DNA of 64,000 bases from a virus. Its lineage: Duplodnaviria > Caudoviricetes. The notes under the pieces are model-generated. The model ran no database searches. It worked only from the letters and a program-made list of their open reading frames with translations, and had not been told where the DNA came from. Made by a program: the position numbers and the translations under genes. This document shows, piece by piece, positions 9,402 through 19,209 of the stretch (positions are counted from its first letter, which is position 1; every line of letters starts with the position of its first letter). The stretch spans positions 1 to 64,000 of IMG/VR virus record IMGVR_UViG_3300025519_000052. One strand, 5' to 3'.

Positions 9402-12400
9402 CCGTAGTCACTCCTTTAAACATATTTCGAATATTTGTAGTTGATTTTGCATATTTATTATAATTGTCATATAATTCTTTTCCATCCAGATAAACAGAAT
9501 TGTCTTTTTTCAACAATTGCATAAGAATCTGATTCTGTTGCAATGTTGCTTGTAAAAGTTTATACATAACGGATTCATCTTCATTAGATACAGAAACATT
9601 TGAAGACTGATTTAAACTTTTATTTCCTACATTTCCACCTTGAATTTGATTTCCAACTCCAAGGATTTTCTGAGTTTGGGAAAGTAGTTGCAAAGCTCGT
9701 GTTCTTTTTAATGGGTCGAGTGGAATGATCATTTCAGGTTTATTACCTTCACCAACCTCAACAATTTGATTCCTTGTTATTAAACCACCATTAGCATATC
9801 CATGTCCTTTACCTAAAGCACTCAATGATTTACCATATCTATGTTTTGCATAATTTAAGGCAGCTAGTAAGTTATCAAATCCATTGAAGATATTATCGTG
9901 ACCAGGAAATTTATAAGCATTGAATGTAGAAGAAATTGTTTGCATTAAACCTTTAGCTAAATCACCACGAATAGTGTTTATATCCGTATATCCATGTTGG
10001 ACAGCTCTAGGATTACCACCAGATTCAGTCTTTATTTGTCTTAATACTTTGTTTACCATGCTTGGGCTTGTAGATAATCCATTCATTTCCAAAGCTCTAA
10101 TTACATAAGGTCTCCATCTTTGAACACCTGAGCCACTGGGTTCGCCCATGTCAAAGAATTTCTTAATCCAGTTAACAGAAGCATCTTTAACAGTTGTAAC
10201 TGCCCCTTTAGCTATATCAAGGGTTGGATTTTCAAGACCCGATAAATTAGTAAATGAGCTTACAGCTTTATCAATAAGTTTTTTAGGATTACTCATATAA
10301 TCCCAAACTGTCTTACCAGCACTAAGAATTTTTCCTGTTACTTTACGTCCAACTGATTTAATAGTACTCCAAGCATTTTCTAACCAACCAGTACCATTAG
10401 CAAAGTGAGGATATAATGACATCAATTGTTCTGTAGCATTACCATTAAGAATACTTGTTCCTTTAGGAAGATTTACAAGAGTATCTGAATTAGGAGAAAG
10501 GAACACCTCACCATTTGGTAAAGAAATAAGCTCATGCTTCCCACCATCACCAACAACTGCTAAACCACCTTGGAAATTATCAGTACCTTTTGCAAATTGA
10601 GGAACCTTCCATTTAGGAATTCTTACACTCTTTGGAGCATGAACCTTATCTAAAATCCAGTTAATTCCTTTACGTACACCATTAACACCTTTGCCCAACC
10701 CTCTTAACATTGCATTTCCAATACTAATCATCGCACGTTCTAGGGCTCTAGCTCCACCTTTGATGCCATTAGCCATTTTATTAGGAAGACTTTTCGTAGT
10801 TGAAACGATCTTATCCCAAACTGAAGAAATTTTATTCTTCATACTTTCAGCAATTTTTACTGATTGGTCTTTCATACTGTTCCATCCATTTTTGACTAAT
10901 CTAATCAGCCATTTTAATGGAGAAGAAAAGATACTCTTTAAGCTATTCCACATTTTTGAAAAAATATTTTTTAAACCAGAAGACAAAGAACTAGAAATTT
11001 TAGTCAAACTACTCCATCCATTTTTAACTAAATTAATTATCCATTTTAATGGAGTAGAGAAAATGCTTTTTATGCTGCTCCACATTTTTGAAAACAATTT
11101 TTTAAAACCTGAAGAGAAAGAGCTAGAAATTTTGGTTAAACTGTTCCAGCCTTTTTTCACTAAATTTACAATCCATTTAATTGGAGCAGAGAAGATAGTC
11201 TTAATAGCAGACCATAATTTAGAGAAAATAGCTTTAAATGGACCAACAAAAACCTTTGCTGCTTTGAGCATTTTACCAATCCACATTAACTCGAACCAGT
11301 TTAAGATAAGTTTAAATGCTCCTTTGAATATATCTTTAATACCTTGCCACATTTTCTTCCAGTTACCGGTAAATAGACCAGAGAAAGTAAGGATAATACC
11401 CTCGATTATTTTTATTGATCCTTCGAAAATACCTTTTATATTATCCCAGACAGATTTAACAATAACAACCAAAGCCTTAAATCCGACTTTAAAGATCGGA
11501 GTTAGGATAGCTAATGCGGTTTTTATGATTACTCCAATTACTTTGAAAACATTTTTCGTAGCTTGTGTAATAGTAGACCCGTTCTCATTCCAAAATTTAA
11601 CAAGTCCTGAAATTTGTTTCTTGACAAATGAGCCAACAGCAGACAAAGCTTGTTGTATATAACCTTTCAAAATCTTAAAGATATTTTGTACTTTTGTAAC
11701 AGCAATAATTATTGCTTGAATTTGGTCATCAGATAGACCAATTTTCTTTAATAAGGTAGCTCCACCAGCCCAATTTCCCTGGAACATCTGAGTAATTGCA
11801 GATACAAATTGTTTTACTTTTCCATAGGCATTAGAAATTGATTTTCCTAAATTATTTACAAAGTCATGGAACGGTTTGCTTTTATTATAGGCAATTATAA
11901 ATCCAGCAGCTAATGCAGCAATTCCAGCAATGATTAAAGTGATAGGAGAAGTAAGTGAAGCCATTACTCCTCTTAAAATACCACCAGTAATACTTGTTGC
12001 ACCCATTGCCACTTGTAAATTTCTGAATCCAGTAATTGCTTTTCCAATCGTTCCGGCTACCATTCCACTGATCATGAACATAGGGCCAATAGAAGCAATA
12101 AATCCAGCTATTCCAAGTGTTACAGCTTGCATTGTTGTAGGCATTTTTTGGAATGGTTCCATTATTTTTTTAATAGCACCTGAAATTTTAGGAAGAATAG
12201 TTGCTCCTAAATTTAGAAGTGTATCTCCAACCGGTTGTAAATCTATTTGAACTTCTCGCCAAGCTTTTCGGAATTGGGCAGCTGGTGTATTTGTTAAAGC
12301 TTTAGAAGCTTTATCTGCAGAACCAGCAACATTGTCATAAGCTTTATTAGTATTATTCAGTGATTCAATGACTTTCATTGCATTGTCTTCACCAAGAGCA

Positions 12401-13932
12401 CTCCATACTGTTGAAGCAATAGTAAGTTTTTCTTGTTGGTTTTTCATGCCTTTTAAATCATTGATCGCTGAATTAAATACATCTTTAACCGTTGCTTTTC
12501 CAGATTTATATTTGTCAAATAGTTCTTGTGTTTTTTCTGAAAAACTACCTATATTTTCCTGGAATCTTCCGTCATTTAATGAAATCCCAAATTCCTTTAC
12601 AAAATCATTAACCTTATCAAAATTATAAGCTCCAGATTTTAAACCATTTTCAAGAATAGAGAACATTTCTTTTGCTGAGAATCCGTTTTGTGCCCACAGT
12701 TGGCCATACTCTGCAATGTTATCTTCTAATTCACCAGATTTATTAAGTCCTCGTTGGGCACCGGTAACCATATAGTCAAATGCTTCATTGGCCGACATAC
12801 CAAAGTTAACCATTAAACTGTTTACGCCACGAAGAGATTCTTGGATATCAGCACCAGTGATTTTAGAAAGAGTCAAAGCTTTTTCTGTAACACTTTTTAA
12901 TTGACTATCATCAATTCCTCGAAGATTTTGCTTGATTTTAATTACGGCATCGGCGACTTCATCTGTACTTTCACCGAATCCATCTGCCCAAACTTGACCA
13001 ACAATTTTACCTTGTTTTTTAGCTTCACCAGCAGTTGCTTTAGTCATAGCTTGAATATTTCCTTGAATGCTAGACATTTCAGAGCTAATCTTTGCTGCTA
13101 ATGTAGATACAGCTCCAATTGGTGCAGTGAGGGATTTTGTTAATGTACTACCCCAGACTTTAGCTTTCTCACCGTTTTCTGTGAATTTATTACCTATTTC
13201 GGTAAGATGATCGGCAAATTTTGCACTTTCTGAGCTAATATTTTGATACCTATTTTTAATATCATTAATACTTGCTTCATATTCAGATAACTTAGCTCTT
13301 GCTTCTGCATAAGCAGCTTGTTGAATTTTTGTTTCCCGAGCATCTTTTCCTTTGGCAGAAATGAGTTCGTTAAGTTTTTCTTTCTCTTTTTGTACGATTT
13401 GAGTTTGAAGAGTTTGCGATCTTTGTAAACCGGCTAAACGTGCGGCAACAGCTTGATAAGATTTACCTTGGGCTTGTAGAGTTCTGACGTAGGCATTTGT
13501 TGTTTTCTCTACTGTATTTAATTCATTTTTTAAGTTCTGTGTTCCTCTTTGATAATCTTTCATTGCAACTGTTGCTTGATCCAATTGTCTTGCATATTGA
13601 CCTTGCCTTGCAATAGCATTATTCAATGATCTTGCTAGGTTTTGAGCTTCTTTTGAATTCTCGCCATATGCATCTTTAGCTTCATTATATTTTCTTCTCA
13701 ATAATTCAATTTGCTTTTCATTGGCAGTCATGACTTCGTTTAAGCCGTTTACTTTTGCTTCTAGCTTTTCATACTCATTACCCGCGCTAGACAAAATGGC
13801 CATATTAGCTTTCATAGCACTTGTAGCAACATTAATTTGTTTCTTAATTCCATTGATGGTATTAGAAAAAGATGTGCTATTTAAACTTAAGTTTATGACC
13901 ATATTACCAAGTGGTCTGTTTGCCATTCTCAT
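9394..13932 (-). CDS. Tape measure protein with C-terminal lytic transglycosylase (SLT) domain
   Basis: 1512 aa, amphipathic repeats, TM segments, QIKTESGGNP...GLMQ...NLLAALNY SLT motifs. Confidence 0.95.
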   Translation of the reverse strand: MRMANRPLGNMVINLSLNSTSFSNTINGIKKQINVATSAMKANMAILSSAGNEYEKLEAKVNGLNEVMTANEKQIELLRRKYNEAKDAYGENSKEAQNLARSLNNAIARQGQYARQLDQATVAMKDYQRGTQNLKNELNTVEKTTNAYVRTLQAQGKSYQAVAARLAGLQRSQTLQTQIVQKEKEKLNELISAKGKDARETKIQQAAYAEARAKLSEYEASINDIKNRYQNISSESAKFADHLTEIGNKFTENGEKAKVWGSTLTKSLTAPIGAVSTLAAKISSEMSSIQGNIQAMTKATAGEAKKQGKIVGQVWADGFGESTDEVADAVIKIKQNLRGIDDSQLKSVTEKALTLSKITGADIQESLRGVNSLMVNFGMSANEAFDYMVTGAQRGLNKSGELEDNIAEYGQLWAQNGFSAKEMFSILENGLKSGAYNFDKVNDFVKEFGISLNDGRFQENIGSFSEKTQELFDKYKSGKATVKDVFNSAINDLKGMKNQQEKLTIASTVWSALGEDNAMKVIESLNNTNKAYDNVAGSADKASKALTNTPAAQFRKAWREVQIDLQPVGDTLLNLGATILPKISGAIKKIMEPFQKMPTTMQAVTLGIAGFIASIGPMFMISGMVAGTIGKAITGFRNLQVAMGATSITGGILRGVMASLTSPITLIIAGIAALAAGFIIAYNKSKPFHDFVNNLGKSISNAYGKVKQFVSAITQMFQGNWAGGATLLKKIGLSDDQIQAIIIAVTKVQNIFKILKGYIQQALSAVGSFVKKQISGLVKFWNENGSTITQATKNVFKVIGVIIKTALAILTPIFKVGFKALVVIVKSVWDNIKGIFEGSIKIIEGIILTFSGLFTGNWKKMWQGIKDIFKGAFKLILNWFELMWIGKMLKAAKVFVGPFKAIFSKLWSAIKTIFSAPIKWIVNLVKKGWNSLTKISSSFSSGFKKLFSKMWSSIKSIFSTPLKWIINLVKNGWSSLTKISSSLSSGLKNIFSKMWNSLKSIFSSPLKWLIRLVKNGWNSMKDQSVKIAESMKNKISSVWDKIVSTTKSLPNKMANGIKGGARALERAMISIGNAMLRGLGKGVNGVRKGINWILDKVHAPKSVRIPKWKVPQFAKGTDNFQGGLAVVGDGGKHELISLPNGEVFLSPNSDTLVNLPKGTSILNGNATEQLMSLYPHFANGTGWLENAWSTIKSVGRKVTGKILSAGKTVWDYMSNPKKLIDKAVSSFTNLSGLENPTLDIAKGAVTTVKDASVNWIKKFFDMGEPSGSGVQRWRPYVIRALEMNGLSTSPSMVNKVLRQIKTESGGNPRAVQHGYTDINTIRGDLAKGLMQTISSTFNAYKFPGHDNIFNGFDNLLAALNYAKHRYGKSLSALGKGHGYANGGLITRNQIVEVGEGNKPEMIIPLDPLKRTRALQLLSQTQKILGVGNQIQGGNVGNKSLNQSSNVSVSNEDESVMYKLLQATLQQNQILMQLLKKDNSVYLDGKELYDNYNKYAKSTTNIRNMFKGVTTVG
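10870..11225 (-). repeat. 132-bp (44-aa) internal repeat of the TMP, about 2.7 copies
   Basis: WSxIKxIFSxPxKWxxNLVKxGW recurs; CCACAT anchors at 10948 and 11080 are 132 bp apart. Confidence 0.8.
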
Positions 13933-14001
13933 TTCGCTCCTTTCAATAAATCAAGTGGGGTTAAAGGACATTGATTAATAACCCCATATGAAAGGACTAA
14001 G

Positions 14002-14498
14002 TTATATTGATTTATAGAAGTCTTCAATATTATCTGTTTTATCAACATCATCTTCATCCATAAGACTAAGAAAATAGTTAATGTCCATGCTGTCTATATC
14101 ATTTAACTTCCAACCATTTTCAAGAAGTTGTTTATACATCTTATTTAGATTTTTTAAATTTTCTTGATATGTTATTTTGTTACTTGTTCCAGATTTTCCC
14201 GTGCTTGCTTTTTTTCAGCTTCTCCTCCGAGAACATTCTCAAGAATTTCATTTAGTGTATCGCTTAGTTTATCAGCAGAAATACCATCAAGAATAGAATC
14301 GAATGTTACTCGTTCATCTCTAAATAAGCTTGCTACCAAAGCAATAATTTCATCCAATTGTTCGAGTTCTGTTAGTTCACCTTTTTCAGTTTTAGCACCG
14401 AACTCAAGAACTTTTCTCAATGAACGGGAAGGAACAAAATCTTCAGTAATAATTTCTGTTTTTCTTGTATCTGGATTGTAAAGTTCAATTTTAATCAT
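14002..14498 (-). CDS. Tail assembly chaperone GT-like product via -1 frameshift
   Basis: Slippery heptamer A AAA AAG at 14214-14208 in frame; the -1 frame stays open (KASTGKSG...KMYKQLLENGWKLNDIDSMDINYFL...) to TAA at 14002. Confidence 0.8.
14172..14498 (-). CDS. Tail assembly chaperone (gpG-like)
   Basis: 108 aa between the major tail protein and the TMP. Confidence 0.85.
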   Translation of the reverse strand: MIKIELYNPDTRKTEIITEDFVPSRSLRKVLEFGAKTEKGELTELEQLDEIIALVASLFRDERVTFDSILDGISADKLSDTLNEILENVLGGEAEKKQARENLEQVTK

Positions 14499-14530
14499 GG
14501 CTATATTTCTCCTTTTTGTTTTTATGTAAC

Positions 14531-14563
14531 AAAAAAGACTGGAATCATTTAAGAATCCAGTCT
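14531..14563 (-). terminator. Rho-independent terminator after the major tail gene
   Basis: AGACTGGA/TCCAGTCT stem followed by a U-tract on the minus strand. Confidence 0.8.
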
Positions 14564-14575
14564 CTTATAATCCAA

Positions 14576-15148
14576 TTACTCACCAGCCGGGGCGGTATAG
14601 CCTTTGAAGATAAATGACTTGAATTCTTCTTCCGTGAAGCCAGTTTGACTAGTACGACCTTTTGCGTAAACAAACGAATCAGAACGTGCAATGAATTCAC
14701 CAGAAATTGTATCTGTTGAAAGTTCAACACCTTTATCATCACCAGTTTTAATGTCTAAGTCAGGGTAAGCAAACTTACCTTTAGTCAAACCAATAAAAAT
14801 ATCATCACCCGCTGCGCCTTTAGCTTTCAGAATAACAGCTACATAAGGCGGTATAGTATTTGCCCCGATCTTAGCAATGCCGTTTTCAACAACAGCACCT
14901 GTAATTTCATTTAAAGCTTCTTCTGGAATATCTGCTACGTCTAAATCTAATTTAGGTGAAGAAACACCTTGAGCAGATACGAAGAAAGGAACGTTAGAAG
15001 CGTAAACAGTGTTCATTGTTGCACCTAGACCAGATAATTTTGCTTCGATAGCACCACCAGCTTTGGCGTCAATTGTATACACATTGGTTACATTTTCTTG
15101 TTCGTCCATAATACCGATCTGCACTTGGTCAAATCCTAATGTTGCCAT
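14576..15148 (-). CDS. Major tail protein (phi13-like family)
   Basis: Real start MATLGFDQVQIGI at 15148 with AAGGAG RBS (the ORF track extends upstream); GLTKGKF motif. Confidence 0.85.
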   Translation of the reverse strand: MATLGFDQVQIGIMDEQENVTNVYTIDAKAGGAIEAKLSGLGATMNTVYASNVPFFVSAQGVSSPKLDLDVADIPEEALNEITGAVVENGIAKIGANTIPPYVAVILKAKGAAGDDIFIGLTKGKFAYPDLDIKTGDDKGVELSTDTISGEFIARSDSFVYAKGRTSQTGFTEEEFKSFIFKGYTAPAGE

Positions 15149-15203
15149 ATGTCCTATCTCCTTTTTATCAAATTTAAAATACACCACATTGGGTGCTAAA
15201 TTA

Positions 15204-15593
15204 TTAGCTAAATTTAACCGGGACTGAAGCTCTATATCTTCTATAAATCCTTGGAGTATCATTAAAGTCTGGGTCTTTATCAAGTCCTCCTGAATATTTG
15301 AACCATCCATTCAAAGCCATTATCTTATCAATTTTGTCCTGGATTGGGTCAAGCTCTTTAACTGAACGACCCCAAATGTCAATCTGGACAGTTACGGATA
15401 ATGATATTGGCATATTAGAAGCAAACTCAGCTTGATATTCTCCTATCTGATTAATACGAATCAAGGGAAGTTCAGATTGCTTTTGATGATCAATAGGAAT
15501 ATCAAGGATAAAAATATTGTTAGGATTTATTAATGAAGATAATTCTTCATTTTTATACAGCAATGTATAAACATCTTTAATAGGATGTGTCAT
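15204..15593 (-). CDS. Tail completion/terminator protein (DUF806-like)
   Basis: Position; VQIDIW motif. Confidence 0.7.
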   Translation of the reverse strand: MTHPIKDVYTLLYKNEELSSLINPNNIFILDIPIDHQKQSELPLIRINQIGEYQAEFASNMPISLSVTVQIDIWGRSVKELDPIQDKIDKIMALNGWFKYSGGLDKDPDFNDTPRIYRRYRASVPVKFS

Positions 15594-15964
15594 AATCCTA
15601 ACCCCCTTGCTAATTCTTCCCTGATTATCTCCATTACCTTATCGCGCATTTCTTGCTCAGTATTTTCAATAAAATGTTGAGGTCGTTGCTTAATAGTTCC
15701 TAACTCAACAAAGTGAGCTCTCCAATAAGTTTCTTCTCCGAAACCAACGGTTACTTCACCATATTGATCAACACCAGATACAACAATATCATCTTTCATA
15801 TGTTTCTTATTGCCATCTCGTGGGTCGATTGGAGTATTATCTCTTAATCTACTAGCTAGTTTGTTACCAGCTTTTTTCAAGGCTGCATTTCTAGCTTTCT
15901 TTTCTTGACTGCCCATATTTCTTAGGGCTCGATCAATAGAAGATGTATCAATTTTTATACTCAT
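15590..15964 (-). CDS. HK97 gp10-like neck protein
   Basis: VGFG...YWRAHFVELGTIKQRPQHFI motif. Confidence 0.85.
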   Translation of the reverse strand: MSIKIDTSSIDRALRNMGSQEKKARNAALKKAGNKLASRLRDNTPIDPRDGNKKHMKDDIVVSGVDQYGEVTVGFGEETYWRAHFVELGTIKQRPQHFIENTEQEMRDKVMEIIREELARGLGL

Positions 15965-16296
15965 TAAGACACCACCTTGGCAATAATGAGATCAAACTTT
16001 TTATCATAAATATCTGGAGTGATTTGAATTATTTCATACTTTTGATTTCTGTATGAGATAGTCATGTCACTTGTTATCTTGACTTTTTGTTGATGTCTAA
16101 TAATGAAAGTTGTAGAATTTTGAAGTGTTGTTCCAATGGTACTAATGATTTCTTTATAGAATTGAGATCTTACTAAAGCCCAGCATGTCATAACCTCTTT
16201 TTCAGTTTTGACGACTTCTCCCCAATCATCTTTCTCATTGGCCACTTGATAGAAAGTAATTCTTTCATTTAATTCACCAATACCAACATTTTTCAT
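15964..16296 (-). CDS. Head closure protein (SPP1 gp16-like)
   Basis: GELNERITFYQ...TFIIRH...YEIIQI motifs. Confidence 0.85.
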   Translation of the reverse strand: MKNVGIGELNERITFYQVANEKDDWGEVVKTEKEVMTCWALVRSQFYKEIISTIGTTLQNSTTFIIRHQQKVKITSDMTISYRNQKYEIIQITPDIYDKKFDLIIAKVVS

Positions 16297-16306
16297 TTTT
16301 AGTCAC

Positions 16307-16639
16307 CTACAACTGAGAAGAATCGTCTAAACCGGAATTAGCATTCCAATTTCTATATATATCCAAAATGCCTGAAAAGATATATTTTAATTCTCCTTGC
16401 ACATTAGTTTGGATTTCTCTATTTTCATACCAATGGGCAATAAGAGCCAGTGCTGCAATTGTAAATTCATCAGGAATTTCTTCCATTTCAGAAAACTTAA
16501 TATTCAAATAAGACTGTATAAAGTTTTTAGCTGAGACAATCATGAGCGATAATAAATTATCATCTTCGTCATGATCTATTCTTAGATAATTCTTAACAAA
16601 ATCTAAATCTAGATCAGTAATTTTCACACCCGTATTCAT
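16307..16639 (-). CDS. Head-tail connector (HK97 gp6-like)
   Basis: VKNYLRIDHDEDDNLL...LIAHWYENRE. Confidence 0.9.
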   Translation of the reverse strand: MNTGVKITDLDLDFVKNYLRIDHDEDDNLLSLMIVSAKNFIQSYLNIKFSEMEEIPDEFTIAALALIAHWYENREIQTNVQGELKYIFSGILDIYRNWNANSGLDDSSQL

Positions 16640-16842
16640 TATTCTTCAGCCTTCTTAGCAGTTCGTTTTGAACTACTCTTTTTTGTCGCTTCCTTCTTCT
16701 CTTCAATTAGTACATCAACTATACCTTTTTCAGCAAGAGTATTAATAATTTTTTCATCATTAATCTCAAGCTCATCATTATAGTTCATGACTTTATCAAG
16801 AGAGAATAGATAAGCGCCTTGTAAAAATCTTACTCTTGCCAT
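16639..16842 (-). CDS. Small head-associated hypothetical protein
   Basis: 67 aa with AAGGAG RBS and a basic C-terminal tail. Confidence 0.6.
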   Translation of the reverse strand: MARVRFLQGAYLFSLDKVMNYNDELEINDEKIINTLAEKGIVDVLIEEKKEATKKSSSKRTAKKAEE

Positions 16843-16861
16843 CTATTTCACTCCTTGACAA

Positions 16862-16900
16862 AATAAAATTCATATTTTATAAATGGAATTTTTAATTAAA
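16862..16900. repeat. Direct repeat copy A flanking the methyltransferase
   Basis: AATAAAATTCATATTTTATAAATGGAATTTT, one mismatch over 31 nt versus copy B. Confidence 0.9.
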
Positions 16901-16912
16901 TCATGAAATACA

Positions 16913-17926
16913 TCAGTCATCCACATCTAATATATTTTTCAAACGTTGATTAGCGATACGCACATATTCCGGCTCACGCTCGAATCCGATAAATTTCCGG
17001 TTCAATTTCGCCGCAGCTACCGCTGTAGTTCCGCTTCCCATGAAGCAGTCGAGCACAATCGCGCCTTCGCCTGAACTGTGACGAATGATATTTTCGATTA
17101 ACTCGACAGGTTTCGGCGTTATATGGCCGATTTTCGGGGCTACTTCGTAATTCCAGACGTTATGATGCGTTTTTTGATTGTTGAATACGTATCGCTGTTT
17201 TTCATATTCTTGGCGAAGTGATTCGTATTCTTGGCGAAGTGATTCGTATGGTCTTGTGAAATAACCTGTTGACTGTAGTTTTTTGTAGTTACTATCTGTC
17301 GGTAGATGAAATTGTGTTTTTTCTCTTTTTGAAAAACCGAAGTAATGAACGGTCATTTGATTTCCTAACACGTCTTTTATCGTCTGTTCTGTATAACCAC
17401 TTTTTTCTAGTTCATCGTCTAAGTACTTTTTTATACTCGCAAAGCAATTTTTATCCGCGTTAATTTTACTTAATCCTGTACCATCCTGAAACGTATAAAA
17501 CAAAATATACTCTGCCATTTGTTTATAATTCCGTAATCCATCAACGGCGATACTCCCATCTAAATAACTTTTGAACTTTGCACCTTCAAACCTTTTATTC
17601 CAAACTATAAACTGTTTAAATATAAAACTAGTATTATCGTCTATCGCGTCCATTAGTTTCCGGATTTGTGGAAAGTCGTTATGGAACCAATAAAAAGAAC
17701 CAGTCGGTTTCAAGACACGTTCACATTCGCGAAAAATCGCCGTCATCCACGTTACATAATCATCAACACTTCTCCACTTGTCCCAACGTTTGTCCTTTCC
17801 TATGTTATACGGCGGATCAATCACGATAAGGTCAACGCTATCATCCGGTAACAACCGCATGCCCTCGATAGTGTCCATCTGATATATCCGATTTAGCTCG
17901 AGGCTTCCTATTAATTCTTCCGCCAT
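16913..17926 (-). CDS. Orphan DNA methyltransferase (N4C/N6A, beta class)
   Basis: DPPY motif before DCFMGSGTT; start MAEELIG at 17926 with AAGGAG RBS. Confidence 0.92.
   Translation of the reverse strand: MAEELIGSLELNRIYQMDTIEGMRLLPDDSVDLIVIDPPYNIGKDKRWDKWRSVDDYVTWMTAIFRECERVLKPTGSFYWFHNDFPQIRKLMDAIDDNTSFIFKQFIVWNKRFEGAKFKSYLDGSIAVDGLRNYKQMAEYILFYTFQDGTGLSKINADKNCFASIKKYLDDELEKSGYTEQTIKDVLGNQMTVHYFGFSKREKTQFHLPTDSNYKKLQSTGYFTRPYESLRQEYESLRQEYEKQRYVFNNQKTHHNVWNYEVAPKIGHITPKPVELIENIIRHSSGEGAIVLDCFMGSGTTAVAAAKLNRKFIGFEREPEYVRIANQRLKNILDVDD
17201..17249. repeat. 21-bp tandem repeat (YESLRQE units) inside the methyltransferase
   Basis: TTC(A/G)TATTCTTGGCGAAGTGA x2 plus a partial copy. Confidence 0.9.
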
Positions 17927-17944
17927 CCTATTGCTCCTTACTAG

Positions 17945-17982
17945 AATAAAATTCATATTTTATAAGTGGAATTTTGATTAAA
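17945..17982. repeat. Direct repeat copy B flanking the methyltransferase
   Basis: AATAAAATTCATATTTTATAAGTGGAATTTT. Confidence 0.9.
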
Positions 17983-17985
17983 AAT

Positions 17986-18012
17986 AAAAAAGGAAGCCTA
18001 AAAGACTTCCCT
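17986..18012 (-). terminator. Terminator after the major capsid gene
   Basis: GGAAG/CTTCC stem with U-tract on the minus strand. Confidence 0.7.
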
Positions 18013-18048
18013 TATTTTATGAAGATCTTCTCAAGATTACCTAAAAAC

Positions 18049-19194
18049 TTAAGCTTGTTGGGCTACAACTAAACGTGCCATAGCTTGTTCATTGTATACA
18101 ACGCCATCCATGTATCCATCAAGAACAAGCAATTGAGATCCACGGAGAGCTTGAGTAGTATCACCAGTTACATGTTGTAAAGCAAATCCTTTTTTAATCA
18201 TTACAGCATAAGTTGCTTCAACATTACCGAACAAGCAAGGAACTTCATCATCAAGAGCGTCAGTTACAATAACTTCAGCACCAAACAAAGTGTAAGTTAA
18301 ACGACCGTTTACTACACCATTTTGCATGTAATAATGGTTGTTACCATCTTTCAATTTAGATACTTGGTTGAAGAATTTACGAGACATAATATAGCTGGAG
18401 CCATCTAAAAATTCAGGATGAATTGCATTATACAAATCAAGTAAGTCATCAATAGTAGCAGCACCAGTAACATTGACTTCAGCAAGACCAGCAGCACCTT
18501 TAATACCAGTGAATTCTTCTCCGCCTTTACCTACAAGGATAGATTTTTCAACTGCTTTAGCTACACGGCGAGAAAGTAAGTTTACAGCATAGTCAACTAC
18601 ATCAACAGCAGCGTCATTGATAAATTGAGTTGATAAGCTGATAGCAGCACCAACACGTTTTTGTGATAATTTAACATCAGCAAGGCTGATTTGCCCTTCA
18701 AGAACATCCGAACCTTCACCAACAAAACCTGCAGCAGAGTCAGCAGTTTCTTTTGCAATTTTCAAAGTACCAGCAACCGATGGAAATTTACGAGCACGAG
18801 CAAAGACAGGAGAAGTTTCTTCCATTTTTTCAACAATTGTGCCTTCTACATTCTCAGGAATGATTGCTCCACCTTGTGCAGTTGTTTGGAGCTCACGAAC
18901 TTCTTCACCTTCTTGCTTACGAATAAACTGATCGAGACCACGTAACTCAACATCTTTTACATTTTCCATATCTCTTTCCTCCATGTTGACTTCAATTTTT
19001 TCTCCAGCAGAACGCTGGTTTTCAATTTCTTTAATTTGATTGTCTAATTCAGCAATCTCGTTTGTAATAGTTTCGAATTTTGTTTTTTCTTCGTCGTTCA
19101 AAGAACGGACTTCTTTTTCAGCTGCCTTAACCATTTCATCAGCTTGAGTAAGCAAATCGTTACGTTTTTCTTGAAGAGCTTTTAAATTATTCAT
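18049..19194 (-). CDS. Major capsid protein, HK97 fold, with N-terminal delta domain
   Basis: Coiled-coil N-terminus; GGAIIP, FVGEG and FGNVEA..VM motifs. Confidence 0.95.
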   Translation of the reverse strand: MNNLKALQEKRNDLLTQADEMVKAAEKEVRSLNDEEKTKFETITNEIAELDNQIKEIENQRSAGEKIEVNMEERDMENVKDVELRGLDQFIRKQEGEEVRELQTTAQGGAIIPENVEGTIVEKMEETSPVFARARKFPSVAGTLKIAKETADSAAGFVGEGSDVLEGQISLADVKLSQKRVGAAISLSTQFINDAAVDVVDYAVNLLSRRVAKAVEKSILVGKGGEEFTGIKGAAGLAEVNVTGAATIDDLLDLYNAIHPEFLDGSSYIMSRKFFNQVSKLKDGNNHYYMQNGVVNGRLTYTLFGAEVIVTDALDDEVPCLFGNVEATYAVMIKKGFALQHVTGDTTQALRGSQLLVLDGYMDGVVYNEQAMARLVVAQQA

Positions 19195-19209
19195 AAGAAA
19201 ATTAACCTC

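Noticed and set aside
10691-11662. 323-aa plus-strand ORF
   Set aside because: Antisense shadow of the repetitive tape measure gene; no RBS or recognisable motifs. The same applies to the other antisense ORFs inside the tail fibre, capsid, RNR and dnaE genes.
14560-14600. Frameshift extension of the major tail protein
   Set aside because: No slippery site at the stop, and a terminator follows immediately
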